Virus record (IMG/VR): IMGVR_UViG_3300017991_000048
Coordinates: 186,001 to 250,000 of that record
Length of the DNA stretch: 64,000 nt
Direction: 5' to 3' (one strand)
Below, piece after piece: positions 39,915 to 51,000 of the stretch. The notes under the pieces were generated by a model. That model was not told the origin of the DNA and did no database searches. It saw only the letters and a list, made by a program, of their open reading frames with translations. The first letter of the stretch is position 1; each line of letters opens with the position of its first letter. The position numbers were made by a program, and so were the translations under genes.

Positions 39915-42068
39915 TTAAACACTGCGTATTGTGGCACAACCCATCAAAGGAAGGCCAGTGATCCAGTCCAATGAAGGACTGCCCGGTGGGAGCATCGGTG
40001 TGCCTCTAGACACGCCCAAAGGCGCTACAGGAGCACCCAGAAGAATCTGCGCTGAAGTCAATGTAATCGCGGCGGGTGCTGTCAAAGTCATAGCCGCTCC
40101 TGCTGTCAAACTCAGAGCCAAACCCGCTGACACTGATATCGCCCCGGCTGCTGCTGCCAAAGACAAAGCCCCACTTGCTGTTGAAATCGAAATGGCACCG
40201 GAGCCCACAGCCACCGAATATGCCCCGGCTGGTACATTTGTGGTCATTGCACCACTGGCGACAGTTGTGGTTTTAGCTCCCACAGTTAGAGTTTCTGTAA
40301 CACCTCCTGCCAAAACAGTTGTAACCCTACCCCCAAGCACAATAGTTTCCAAAACCTGCAACGCATAGTGATATTGGGTCTTTCCCGATACGAGCACGTC
40401 ATAACCACCCGCATTTACCCCCATCCCCGATTGAGCATTGACGCTGAAACGGTCGGCCAAAACCCCATAACCACCGTTTACAGTTGTAGCTTTGGCTCCA
40501 GCTACATTTTCTATGCTGTCACCAGCCGCAAACGCCTCTCGATTACCCTGGAGATTCTCGCTGTAGGCTACATTGTTATTGTCCTGGACGCCTTGAGCTT
40601 CAATTACATACGATGAATGAGTGCGAAACTGTAAACCTGCTCCCGAAGCTGCACCACGAAAGTCAAAAACCGCTCCCCCTTCCAATGTCAAATGCAGAGC
40701 GATGTTGTCCGGGGTGGCGGCTCCAAGCTGCATCTTGAGAGCCCCTTCCATGTTGATCTCGGCTGACACGTTTTTTGTGCCAGAGGCGTACTTCTCAACG
40801 CGAGACCCCGGAATATTCAAAAACAGCTTGCCTTGCTTGGAGACAGCCGCAGCAAAAACGCTTGTCGTATCTGAACGTCCAGCAGGGCTTGGCGGTGGAA
40901 CCAGACGGAAAAGGTAAGCTCCCGCTGTGGTATACGATTCCATGTCATCAAGAGGTGATCTTGGGATAGCTTCCACCGCAAAGTTAGATTTCGCTGTAGC
41001 CTGGAAGTCTTCGAAAATCTTGGGACGAAGTAGCTGCCCGTACTGCTGTAGCCCGGTGCTAGAAGAAGTATCATTTCCAACCACAGTACCCAACACACGT
41101 TCAATGTAGACGGGGTTCCGATCCATCTGAAACCCATCAATTTCTTCCCGCACTTCTTGAGTCAAATCCGTCAAGTGGGTCAACTCAACTCGGTCTTCTG
41201 TGTAAACCTCTGCTGGTGTCTTCGGGTTCTCAAAGTTTACGCCAGGAGACTCAGCAGGGTAAAAAGCCTGACGCCCGTTAGAAAATACAATTGGGGGAAA
41301 CTCTGTCTCATTGTTAATACTACTTATGACCGTGGTGCCGTCATCGTCAACCGTAAAACGTTTGAGAGTTGCACCTCCGAAGTAACGATCCTCAGAGGTC
41401 TTGAGAGTCTTGCCCTCCTTGAAAATATCAGGCGGTAGATAAAGCCCACTTCTTCGTGTCGGACCGGAGGTGCGAAACACCCCAGAATCACTTTCCACAC
41501 GGTGGATGGTTTGAGACACCAGAGTTCTATCCTCATCTCGAAGCTCGAAAAGGTCACCCGCTCTATTAACTATCTTGACGTCTTTTGACAGAGCGAACTC
41601 AGCCCCAGAGGACGACATACCCCCTACGTCGCCCGGTTGGAGACGCAAACGCTTGTAACGGGTCTGAGGTGAAAAAACTTTACTATATAAATCTGCGTCT
41701 TCCGGATCGATCCCAGATGGGTCAGAAGTGGCCAATGGGTCAAAACGCATGGCCGTTCGTTTGCCAACCGGGATATACCCCAGAATCATAGCCTCGTGGA
41801 GTTGCTTATGTCTTCTACGGTAGCCAATGATTACCATCGAGTTGACCTCTGGGACACCGCCCCAAAAGCTACGTGGGCCTGCCTGAGCTTGAGTCAGATC
41901 AATCTCAAATCTTTCACCGCCCCCTGTGAGCACTCTTATATCGCACTTCAACTCTATTTCATCGACACGAGTTATCATACCGAGTTTGAGCCCCCAAGGG
42001 TCGCCCATATCGGTAAACTCAGCCCCTGGCACATAACCGGAAGGATTCTTTGGAGTAAAATCAGCCAT
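39915..42068 (-). CDS. central spike protein (gp5/gpV-like)
   Basis: N-terminal OB-fold-like GMITRVD...GGVPEVNSMVIIGY; C-terminal Ala/Gly/Thr beta-helix repeats; follows the hub. Confidence 0.75.
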   Translation of the reverse strand: MADFTPKNPSGYVPGAEFTDMGDPWGLKLGMITRVDEIELKCDIRVLTGGGERFEIDLTQAQAGPRSFWGGVPEVNSMVIIGYRRRHKQLHEAMILGYIPVGKRTAMRFDPLATSDPSGIDPEDADLYSKVFSPQTRYKRLRLQPGDVGGMSSSGAEFALSKDVKIVNRAGDLFELRDEDRTLVSQTIHRVESDSGVFRTSGPTRRSGLYLPPDIFKEGKTLKTSEDRYFGGATLKRFTVDDDGTTVISSINNETEFPPIVFSNGRQAFYPAESPGVNFENPKTPAEVYTEDRVELTHLTDLTQEVREEIDGFQMDRNPVYIERVLGTVVGNDTSSSTGLQQYGQLLRPKIFEDFQATAKSNFAVEAIPRSPLDDMESYTTAGAYLFRLVPPPSPAGRSDTTSVFAAAVSKQGKLFLNIPGSRVEKYASGTKNVSAEINMEGALKMQLGAATPDNIALHLTLEGGAVFDFRGAASGAGLQFRTHSSYVIEAQGVQDNNNVAYSENLQGNREAFAAGDSIENVAGAKATTVNGGYGVLADRFSVNAQSGMGVNAGGYDVLVSGKTQYHYALQVLETIVLGGRVTTVLAGGVTETLTVGAKTTTVASGAMTTNVPAGAYSVAVGSGAISISTASGALSLAAAAGAISVSAGLALSLTAGAAMTLTAPAAITLTSAQILLGAPVAPLGVSRGTPMLPPGSPSLDWITGLPLMGCATIRSV

Positions 42069-42069
42069 A

Positions 42070-45000
42070 TCAACCTGTTCTTATCTTGGCTTGATTGTCG
42101 TCTACCCTTTGCCGAAGATCCGCAATTTGTTCATCGATAGAAGCTATGGCTTCCGGTACATTTATACCAACTACTACCGCTGAAGATTCTTGTTGCTGTA
42201 TTAGCTGGTCGCGTGTTTGTGTAAGGCGTTGTATACTAGCCTGATCTCGCTCAATCTGTTTCGTTAATGAAGTCCGTCTTGCGTTCTCTCGGAGCTTTTT
42301 CGAAAAGTCCTTCCACGATTTCTGAATATTTTCCGCGTTTGTCTTTATAGCTCCCACCGCCGCTTCAGGATCACCCAAAGAAGCTCGCCTTGGGGCTGAA
42401 AATGGCGGGGCAAGCTCAGAGGGACGGACTATCTGCTCTGATTTAGTGGCTGTGTCTCTTGGAGTCTTAGGTAAATAATCGCCTCTAATGGCTTTCTCAA
42501 ACTCTTGGTGTGGCTTGTCCAAAGCAGTATATAGGTTAACCAAAAACTCATCTATTTTAGACACCAACTCCGATGGCGGCTGAGCAAAAATAGAGTTCAC
42601 TGTCCTATACTTGACTTGTAACTCATCCAACTTATATTGGGCTGCTTCTAACTGTTCTTTTAGCCGGTCTACAACCTTTAACTGATCTGCATACTCTTGG
42701 CCGTCTGCGTAAGTTCCTTCGGGTCGTTTAGACTTCTTATCAAGAACGTCCAACTTCCACTGAGCCTCATTAAGTTCTGCTTGAATCAGGTCCACGGCTC
42801 CCGCTGCTTGTTGAGTAGCTCCGCTATTAACTGGCCCTCCCGCTGCCTCTAAAGAAGCTAAAACAGTAGTTTCCTCTTCTGCTCCGGGGCTGGACAACGT
42901 TTTAACTTGATACCCGGTGTTGATAAAAACCAAATCTTGCCTGCCTGTAAGACAGATACAGTTCTCCTGTGTTGTAGAAGAGTCTCTTACCGACATCTCT
43001 TGTAATGTCAGCGCTCTTGATAACTGAGCAGCTTCAACTTCCGAAGAGCCTTGCTGCTGTTGTGAACCAAGAGGGGCAGAATCAATAAAGTTATCGCCTA
43101 CCTCTTGAAACTCCGGGCTCTTAGTGTCCGGATTTAAAATTGCTGCCGTCTGCCGATCTTCAGTGGTTAAAGTAGCTATCGTTCTTGCGGGGTCAGCGTA
43201 TCCGGTTGAAACCGTTGTCAATCCCTGTGAAGCTCCCGTTAACATCTCTTGCATTCTACCCGATAGAGCAAGCTGAACATCAACAGTGGCGCGAGTTTGA
43301 GTCCCGGCGTTTGTGATCAAACGACCATCTTTTAAAGAAACACGTCTTCCGTACCGGTAATGGCCAATAACTTCAAACCCTCTCTCATCACTTATCGGAC
43401 GAATTAAAGTGGTCTGTGCTTTGAGAGCCTTCAAAGTAGCGTCGTCCTCAGGAGTAACTTTGATGTTATCTTTTCGTAAAGTTAAAAGCTCACTGATAGC
43501 CCCACCTCTTGCAGAAGAGTCGTGGGCGTATATATAAACACCAGCAGAATTCAAACCATACTGATAACGATTGTTCGCATACTTATCGATTAGGGTATCC
43601 TCTTCATTGGCTTTAGCCGCGCTAAAAGATCTCTCATTAAACTCTTTCAGTGTCTCGCGCTGTTGAGCCTGCCTCCTCTTCGCTACATATGGTCTTTTTC
43701 TGGAAGGCGATTTTTGTCCTGCCTGATTACTGATATCAGCCGGGGCAAAAGCACGTGTATATGCCATGACTACATTTGGATAGCCCACCACCCTGCCTGT
43801 TTTCGGGTGCCGTAACACAAGAGGCTCGTATGGATTGTCCGCTCCTGGTTCCATATTTGTGAAAGCCTCATCATCAGGCGGTAAAGTAGCGGCGTTTCTC
43901 TTTTCCAATGTGAACACGCCTGATTTGGCGAGTTGACGAGAGCTATAATGAAAAGTTCTCGGAGTTCCCTCTTTGTTGGCTTCCGGTTCGCCAGCGAAGT
44001 CCTTGAGCTTCAAATCTCCCATACCACGAGGCGCAACGAATTTAGAACGCTTGGCAGTCAAGTTTAGAGTCGTCGTCGCCCGACTCCCGAACGACATACT
44101 ATGGCTTATCCCAGACAAGTACCAAATCTGATCTTTCGGAGCGACATAAACTGGGAATCCAAGCCGTAATTCAGGGCGCATTGGAACGGATATACTTCCC
44201 CGGTGACGGCGAGAATTGATCCGGTCTAACAAATCCAGACCGTGGTAAAACATCGCATGGGTGCTACTTAAAAACTCAGAGTTTAACGGTCTGGACCTCC
44301 AACCGTACTTTCGTAGTAGGTGGTAATCCGTGACCGAAGCAAAAGGACTTATATCCCCCGGTGCCCCTACATCAGTAAGGCCGAAAGCCTGACCTTGCAT
44401 AATGATTTGCGTAACAACTTCAGACTCCGAATCCCCAAAGTCCCAATCTATAATATCAATGTCCTGAATCCAAGACAGCGGTTTATTCCCCAAAACATCT
44501 AGGTTATAAAAAGGCGGCTTGAATACAATATCCCCTGTCGCATCCATATAGAACTCAAAACCGATAGCCTCTTTTGCAGCGTTAGCTAACTCCAGCTTGG
44601 TTTGAAACTCTGACTGCCACAAATCAACATTCATGGACTGAAGTTGCTCTCGAATTGCAGACACTCTATTGGAAGTCGGGTCATAAACCATCTGACCTCC
44701 ATCTTTACCCCCATTGGCATATTGCACCGCTGTAGAGGCATAAGCACGTTTTGGCACTGTCCCAGGCGGATTATTTCTAGAATAGGCTTGATACAAAGTA
44801 TCCCCACGAACCGCAACTCCCTGTGTCCCATAAAGAACGAGGTTACTCCGCATCCGTTGGAAACGCTGCTCCCAGTACCCCATTATGTCCGACAGAGCAG
44901 CGTCAAACGTGCCCCGTTGGCTACCTCGTTCCTTCACTAACTGATTAAGAGATCCCGTCCCAACAACCACATCGCCAAACGACTGAAACGCCAAGGTAAA

Positions 45001-45537
45001 GATCATGTCATACGGGTTGGTCCTGTTATAAACATTAAGACCCATATTCCAACTACGTGACCCGGAAGGAGCCAAATAAGCTGGATTGATATTCATTTGA
45101 CACAGTTCCCACCACTTGAGAATGTCAGAACAACTGATACTTACCGTGTGCTCCCCCGCTGAATAGTTATCCGAAACCTCAGTGATAAGACCCCAGAAGA
45201 TTGGATAGTACTGAGGTATACCTTCTACCAAATAATAGCCTTTGGCAAAGATCTCGATTTCCATCATCGGAGTAATGACGGGGGTGCCGTCAAAATAAAA
45301 ATCATCAATAGAGTGTCTAGGGACAGATAATTGGATAGAGGCGCTCCCCGGCACACTTTCCACACTCAAATCGGTCTGAATGGATGTTATATACTTATTA
45401 AAATCGAAAGAGCGCGAGCACTGAGGGCAACCTATTATCTCCTGCTCACCATTGATATAGACAATAGCGTCCGGGGCCGTAACCACAGTGGGGCGGATAT
45501 TTGGAATAAAAGTGCCTTGGTATGGGCCACGAGCCAT
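42070..45537 (-). CDS. baseplate hub protein (gp27/gp44-like)
   Basis: PGSASIQL, IFWGLITEV, FEFYMDATGDIVFKPPFYN, MRPELRLGFPV, YLSGISHS. Confidence 0.75.
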   Translation of the reverse strand: MARGPYQGTFIPNIRPTVVTAPDAIVYINGEQEIIGCPQCSRSFDFNKYITSIQTDLSVESVPGSASIQLSVPRHSIDDFYFDGTPVITPMMEIEIFAKGYYLVEGIPQYYPIFWGLITEVSDNYSAGEHTVSISCSDILKWWELCQMNINPAYLAPSGSRSWNMGLNVYNRTNPYDMIFTLAFQSFGDVVVGTGSLNQLVKERGSQRGTFDAALSDIMGYWEQRFQRMRSNLVLYGTQGVAVRGDTLYQAYSRNNPPGTVPKRAYASTAVQYANGGKDGGQMVYDPTSNRVSAIREQLQSMNVDLWQSEFQTKLELANAAKEAIGFEFYMDATGDIVFKPPFYNLDVLGNKPLSWIQDIDIIDWDFGDSESEVVTQIIMQGQAFGLTDVGAPGDISPFASVTDYHLLRKYGWRSRPLNSEFLSSTHAMFYHGLDLLDRINSRRHRGSISVPMRPELRLGFPVYVAPKDQIWYLSGISHSMSFGSRATTTLNLTAKRSKFVAPRGMGDLKLKDFAGEPEANKEGTPRTFHYSSRQLAKSGVFTLEKRNAATLPPDDEAFTNMEPGADNPYEPLVLRHPKTGRVVGYPNVVMAYTRAFAPADISNQAGQKSPSRKRPYVAKRRQAQQRETLKEFNERSFSAAKANEEDTLIDKYANNRYQYGLNSAGVYIYAHDSSARGGAISELLTLRKDNIKVTPEDDATLKALKAQTTLIRPISDERGFEVIGHYRYGRRVSLKDGRLITNAGTQTRATVDVQLALSGRMQEMLTGASQGLTTVSTGYADPARTIATLTTEDRQTAAILNPDTKSPEFQEVGDNFIDSAPLGSQQQQGSSEVEAAQLSRALTLQEMSVRDSSTTQENCICLTGRQDLVFINTGYQVKTLSSPGAEEETTVLASLEAAGGPVNSGATQQAAGAVDLIQAELNEAQWKLDVLDKKSKRPEGTYADGQEYADQLKVVDRLKEQLEAAQYKLDELQVKYRTVNSIFAQPPSELVSKIDEFLVNLYTALDKPHQEFEKAIRGDYLPKTPRDTATKSEQIVRPSELAPPFSAPRRASLGDPEAAVGAIKTNAENIQKSWKDFSKKLRENARRTSLTKQIERDQASIQRLTQTRDQLIQQQESSAVVVGINVPEAIASIDEQIADLRQRVDDNQAKIRTG

Positions 45538-47357
45538 TAGATTTCCTCACCAAACTCTCCGCCAGCAGCAAACCCTTCCTCTTCTATTTGCCGTTCTGTC
45601 AACTCCACTTCTGGTGGGAAGTTCACTTCTGCGATTGGCTGTTCATTATCTCCCCCGGTCAAAGGCGGGGTATCCGCACCAATAGGCACCGCTGGAACAG
45701 TGGGTTTTCCGTATGTATATTGACGGTCATCCAAACGATCCAAAAGAAACCAAGCCCGGACAACAAACGAAAACGAGTACTCCAAAGTAAACGGGTTCTC
45801 CTCTGTCTCATCCAACGTGAAATTGTCAAAAGACCCCACATACAAAATTCCATCGTAATACAGGTACACCGAGCCCACTACAGAGAGATTCTTAGCCTTG
45901 GACCCGGAAGGTACTAACGGATCGGGAAAATATATCCCTCCGTTGTTCTTGTAGATGAGCCAGAGTGACAATAGATTTTGATAACTTGCGGAAAACTGGC
46001 GAGCAGTGCGGGTAAGACCGGGGCTGTTGCCCTCGTGAGCATCTAATGAGAAAAACGCTGCAACCTTACCAGAGCCTTCTATTCTATCTTGGTTTTCGCC
46101 CCAGTGTTCGATAATATGCCCGGTCCTGCCCCAGTTACCATCTGATATGAGCTTATCCGCAGCTACTCTAAAGGATTGAGGGTTGATCAAAAGTCTAAGC
46201 GGTGGCGTTCTCGCCATCTGATCCAAGGCATTGATAGTCTGATTGATCATGTGCTCTTGGTGAGCCATAAACTTTTTGCCCAAGTCGGTTTGATTCAAAT
46301 CCTTGTTTGCCACTTCCCATGCGGTCTTAAATGCTTTGTTGGCATTCTTCGCTCCAGATTTGGACCACCCCTCACTGCTAGAACCGTCTGGCTGAAACGG
46401 CTCGTACCCAACAGCCATCCCCAACTTACGTCTGGCCCTATCGATCTGCTTCCGAAATCCTTTACGTAACGGTTTTGAGGCCAGACGGCGGTTTAAATCC
46501 ACTGCCGTAAGGTAGCCTTTAGGTGGTGGCGGAACGTCAAGGTGCTGGTTGCCCAAGTAAGCTTGTTTTTGCTTCTCCGGGTTCTTATACTCTGGCGGGG
46601 TCGCGTTACTGTTATAGATAGAGCCGTCCGGATTATTGAAGCCACCAAGCGTCATCGCTTTAAGCTCAAAAGCATTTCTGCCTTCAGCCCGACCCGCATA
46701 AAACCGCTCCATGTATATAAGTTGTTCGTTTCTGGGCATTTCTTGAAGGTTGTCCCACTGCTCTTGTGTCATACCGACTCTTTTGCCTGTGGCAGTGCCT
46801 TCGATAAATTGATTCAACCCTTTCGCAGTCACCACTCCAGTCTTACTTTTAAACCCTATTGTTGGGTTGAATCCGCTCTCGGTTTGGATGACCCGCGCCA
46901 ACTCTTCTGGCTGACACTTCAACCGATTACACATTACAACAAACCGCACCCAAAAATCGTCACTACCTGTTGATGTGGGACCACCCGGCTCTGTTGTACT
47001 TGTCGGAACTCCCCCTATCTGGCCTGGAAGATCGCCCGTAGACGATGAACCTACATCAGGATTCTCTTCAGTAAGCTGTTCAGGCGTCCCTTCAAGAGTC
47101 CGTATTGAGGCTGTCCGGTCAAGAAGGTTACGAGTGACATTCGAAGAGGGCGGAATCAGGCCCACCGCAAACATCAATGTTCTTTTTTGCTCGTAAGGTT
47201 GAGCCGTTGTTAGTGGTATAAACTGCCCATCAAGAGTCTCTTCGTGAAGTTCCAGAGCATGATAAAACTTCAGTAGCTCGTAGACAGCAGGCTGGTAAAA
47301 ATCAGCCGACTGCTCGATTTCCTGATATATCTTCTGATCTGGATTCTCGACAACCAT
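45537..47357 (-). CDS. lytic transglycosylase fused to a tube-initiator-like domain
   Basis: IQTESGFNP...AKGLNQF (SLT catalytic Glu); C-terminal LLINPQS...EHWGE domain paralogous to 47357..48031. Confidence 0.75.
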   Translation of the reverse strand: MVVENPDQKIYQEIEQSADFYQPAVYELLKFYHALELHEETLDGQFIPLTTAQPYEQKRTLMFAVGLIPPSSNVTRNLLDRTASIRTLEGTPEQLTEENPDVGSSSTGDLPGQIGGVPTSTTEPGGPTSTGSDDFWVRFVVMCNRLKCQPEELARVIQTESGFNPTIGFKSKTGVVTAKGLNQFIEGTATGKRVGMTQEQWDNLQEMPRNEQLIYMERFYAGRAEGRNAFELKAMTLGGFNNPDGSIYNSNATPPEYKNPEKQKQAYLGNQHLDVPPPPKGYLTAVDLNRRLASKPLRKGFRKQIDRARRKLGMAVGYEPFQPDGSSSEGWSKSGAKNANKAFKTAWEVANKDLNQTDLGKKFMAHQEHMINQTINALDQMARTPPLRLLINPQSFRVAADKLISDGNWGRTGHIIEHWGENQDRIEGSGKVAAFFSLDAHEGNSPGLTRTARQFSASYQNLLSLWLIYKNNGGIYFPDPLVPSGSKAKNLSVVGSVYLYYDGILYVGSFDNFTLDETEENPFTLEYSFSFVVRAWFLLDRLDDRQYTYGKPTVPAVPIGADTPPLTGGDNEQPIAEVNFPPEVELTERQIEEEGFAAGGEFGEEI

Positions 47358-48031
47358 CAGGTCTTAAGCTCCTTAATGTTATTGTTGTTGCCGCCAAAAT
47401 ACTTCACAGTGGGGTTATAAGTGCCCCGTGCCACGGGGTTAATACCCATCCCAGGAATCTTCATAATCTCTTCTTCGACCTTGAAGGTCCAAGACACCTG
47501 AAACGCAAAAGGCTGGTCGTCTGACTCCTGCACATCGAGCGACTGGAAATATCCTATATAAGTCCCACGGTCGTACATCAGCATTATGTGCCCCTGAAGT
47601 ACAATGCTGCCATACGGATCATAGACACTCCCATTGTTCCTATATAGGTCATGCAAGTCTCGGTACCGGTCCCATGCAATCGTCTTTTGTCGTAAAACAG
47701 AAGACAGGCCCGTATAGATGTTCATAAAGGCTCCGGTAGAACCGTCACCGTTGATCTCCGTAAGCTCATCACCCCAGTGTTGCTCTACAAACCCACCACG
47801 AGTTTGGATGCGTTCAACCCTTTTCACATGGTTCTCTGAATAGTTCTGAGGATTGACATGCATAACGAGCGCATGTGGAAGCAAGGCTCTTCTACTATTG
47901 AAAGGGCTCGTGACTTGAAACGCCATTGGGATATAAGTTTTACGCTTTTCAAGCCCATGGGTATAGTTGGGGTTCTCGGTAGGAACCTGCAACTGGTCAA
48001 AGTTAGGATTGGCTGACGGAATACGCGGCAT
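47357..48031 (-). CDS. tail tube initiator-like protein (gp48/gp54-like)
   Basis: MHVNPQNY...TRGGFVEQHWGDELTEI...YIGYF...PF.F...F.V; follows the tape measure. Confidence 0.65.
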   Translation of the reverse strand: MPRIPSANPNFDQLQVPTENPNYTHGLEKRKTYIPMAFQVTSPFNSRRALLPHALVMHVNPQNYSENHVKRVERIQTRGGFVEQHWGDELTEINGDGSTGAFMNIYTGLSSVLRQKTIAWDRYRDLHDLYRNNGSVYDPYGSIVLQGHIMLMYDRGTYIGYFQSLDVQESDDQPFAFQVSWTFKVEEEIMKIPGMGINPVARGTYNPTVKYFGGNNNNIKELKT

Positions 48032-48038
48032 TCAAACC

Positions 48039-51000
48039 TCACCGAAGACGTTTATTACGCTCAAATTCAGCCGCGCCTTCTACCACACGGGCAGTAATAA
48101 AGCGGCTAAGGTCACCTCTCAAAGCCAGTTCAACCTTCACGTTACCGGCTCGACCGCCGCCAGCGGGTATAATTCTTTCTCCCACGCCTATCGGGGTCCA
48201 GCCTTCTCCGGGTGGCAACCGGGCAACATTAGCCTGACCATTAACTATACTGGTAACAAGACCACCGGCTTGCTTGGGTTCGGCTGTGGTGACCTTTGTC
48301 TTCTTCTTGCCACCGCCCAATAGCTCTGCGGCAATTCCTGTTGGAGCAACTCCCTTTTCCGTAGCGCCTTTGACTAACTTTTCCCCTATATTCTCAGGCG
48401 TCCAGGCTCCTGTTTTTAGCCCTTTCGCTACGTCTGCGCCCTCCAACTGCGAATACATATAATATTCAAAAAGTCCTGTACGGATAGCATCGAGTGTTGA
48501 GGACGTGACAGCTTTTGTGTAGCCGCTTGTGGGCTTGCCTTGCACCACACCCTTTTTAAGAACCTTTGTAGTTTCTTTGGCCGCTTTCGTCGCTTCTTTT
48601 TGCTCCCCCTCTGTAGGCGGATCTTTGAGTTTGGGCTGTTCGGTAATTTCTGCTTTGGCTTTAGCCTTGGCTTCAGCTTTTGCTTCAGGTGTTGCCCCTT
48701 TTATCCCGGCCTTCTCTTGAAGGGCTCCCATCTTTTTGTACCGCTTCAGCGCTTCTTCAGGCGCAACATCGTATATCCCTGTGCCACCTACCCCTTCTTT
48801 TGTAATTTCATCCTCAGCCCATATTATTTCATCTAACAGCAGCTTTTGCTTATGCAGGGCCTCTATTTCTTCCTTACCCTTAGCCGTCTTTATCTTCTTT
48901 ATTATTTCCTCTCTTTCCTCCTCTGCTGCCTTTACGCCTTCTAACAATTTTTGACCAGCCGTGGCGACAATCTTATTTCTAGCTTCCCATATATTTCCTT
49001 CGGCGTCTGTGATAGCTTTCATAACTTCCGGATCTCTTAGTCCCTGAGCTTGCATCTCAAAACGCTTTTCCCGCACTCTCTTTTCTTTTTCGGCACTGTC
49101 ACCAAACGGAAGAGCCTTCCAAACATCTAGCACTGAATCCCAAACCCCCTTTAGTGTGTTGTAAATCTCGTTCATTAAAATATCGACGATCATTCCTAGC
49201 TTATCTACTATACTAACCTGATGTTCAGCTATCTTCTTTTGGAAGTTTATTTGTTTTTCACCTCCTTGTAATAATTCTTGTTGATCAGCAGACAAAGCGT
49301 TCCAAGTTTTCCGCATGTTTTTATCCTCGTCGAATATATCCTTTAGTTGCTCCAGTAGATCCCCTTTCGTCATGTCCACGCCTAGCTTTTCCAAAGCTAG
49401 TTTAGTTTTTTCATCGAACTCACCCCCTTTTGCGATTCCTTCTTCAGTGGCATTGAGTAATTCTTGTTGGTAAGTCATAAGACCTAGCTGTAGCTTTTGA
49501 AAACCTCGAATTTCTTGGACTGTGGCGATCCCTGTCGCCTCTACAGCAGCAAGTTGGCGTCCGCTAAGTTCTTCTAACCGTTTACCGTTAAACATCTTCA
49601 TCGACTCCGCCTGTGCCATCTGTATCTTGCCCATCGGACTTAATTGATCGAGAATTGCAGCCGTATTGATTGCCCCTCCTTTGGCGAGTTTTTGCTGCAT
49701 ATTTGCTGCATCTTGAATAGCCTCTACCATTCCCCCAGTAACCTTCTCCCGATGGTCAGCCGTCCATTTTGCAATCTCCTTTGGATTTGCCCTTTCAATC
49801 ATCTCACGGATTTCTTTAGCAGACTGTCCTGTCTGATTCGCGATATCAGCACTTAATCCTTCTAACCGCGCCCCTAAATCTGCCTGGGCCACGCCTTTAG
49901 CCTTCCCCGGTCCAGCCATCATAACGTGCCTTACATTCTCTAGAACACCACCAGCAAACTTACCTGTAACGGATTGCATAAACTTCATCGCGTTTCTAGG
50001 CTGCATGGTCTTTCCGAGAACTCCCATTACTTTTGTCAAATCTGCCATGCGAAGTGTGAACAATGACAAATCTGCCGAAAAGCTTCTGACCATCCCAAAA
50101 AACTTATTGGACGCCATACCAGCTTCTTCGGCTCCCCTCGTTATTGACTGAAAACCAGCTTGGACTGAATCTAACCCCATACCCATTTCAGCCATCATCT
50201 CGCCTTGCAGAAGCGTGGTTTCTTGCAAACTCACACCGAAGGCTCGTGAGTAAGCCACTGACATTTGGATTACTTTCGCATGTTCTGTAGCATATCCAGT
50301 GGCGCGTTTTGTCTCATCCCCCAAACGCTCCAGAGTTACGCCTTCATTCGTAAGAGCGGCGATAAACTGCGCGGCTGTGTCTCTGGAAATGCCCCACTGG
50401 ACATTACTTAAATTCATTGCACCTTCACGCACATCCTTGAGCGTTTGTTCTAATTCTGCTGACGCGGCATCCGCATCTCCCATATTACGAGCTAAAAGAG
50501 CTGATGTACTGGCCGTCTCTAATATTCTCTTGTGGAAATCTTTTGCAGCCGCCTCCGTATCCATGAAGAGCTTTATAAGGCCCATTATTGCGGAACTCAC
50601 CAAGCCAATTATAGGGCCGAGTTTTCCAAGCACCTTTATCACAGGCATCAGCGCTTTACCCATCCCTGCGATTCCTTTGACTGCGGCTCCCCCGGCCCCG
50701 GCTTTCCCTGCTGTAGGTATCAGGCTCATCTTCTTGACCCCTTTACCCATCTTTCTAAAAGCGCCCGTTAGTCCTTTGCCTAATAAGTCGCTGCCTTCAT
50801 CAAGAGCGCTCTTAAAATCTCGCCCCATAAATGCCGAAAGAGGCTTAACAAGCGTCTCGCCGCCTTCACGGGCAGCGGCTGCCAAGAGTTTAAGGTTGGG
50901 GCCACCGCCTTTAACTTGTTCCATTCCTTTCCTAACAGCATCTCGCCGTTTAACAAGCTCTTCTTTCTCTTTCTCCTTCGCCCTTATAGCTATCGTTTTT

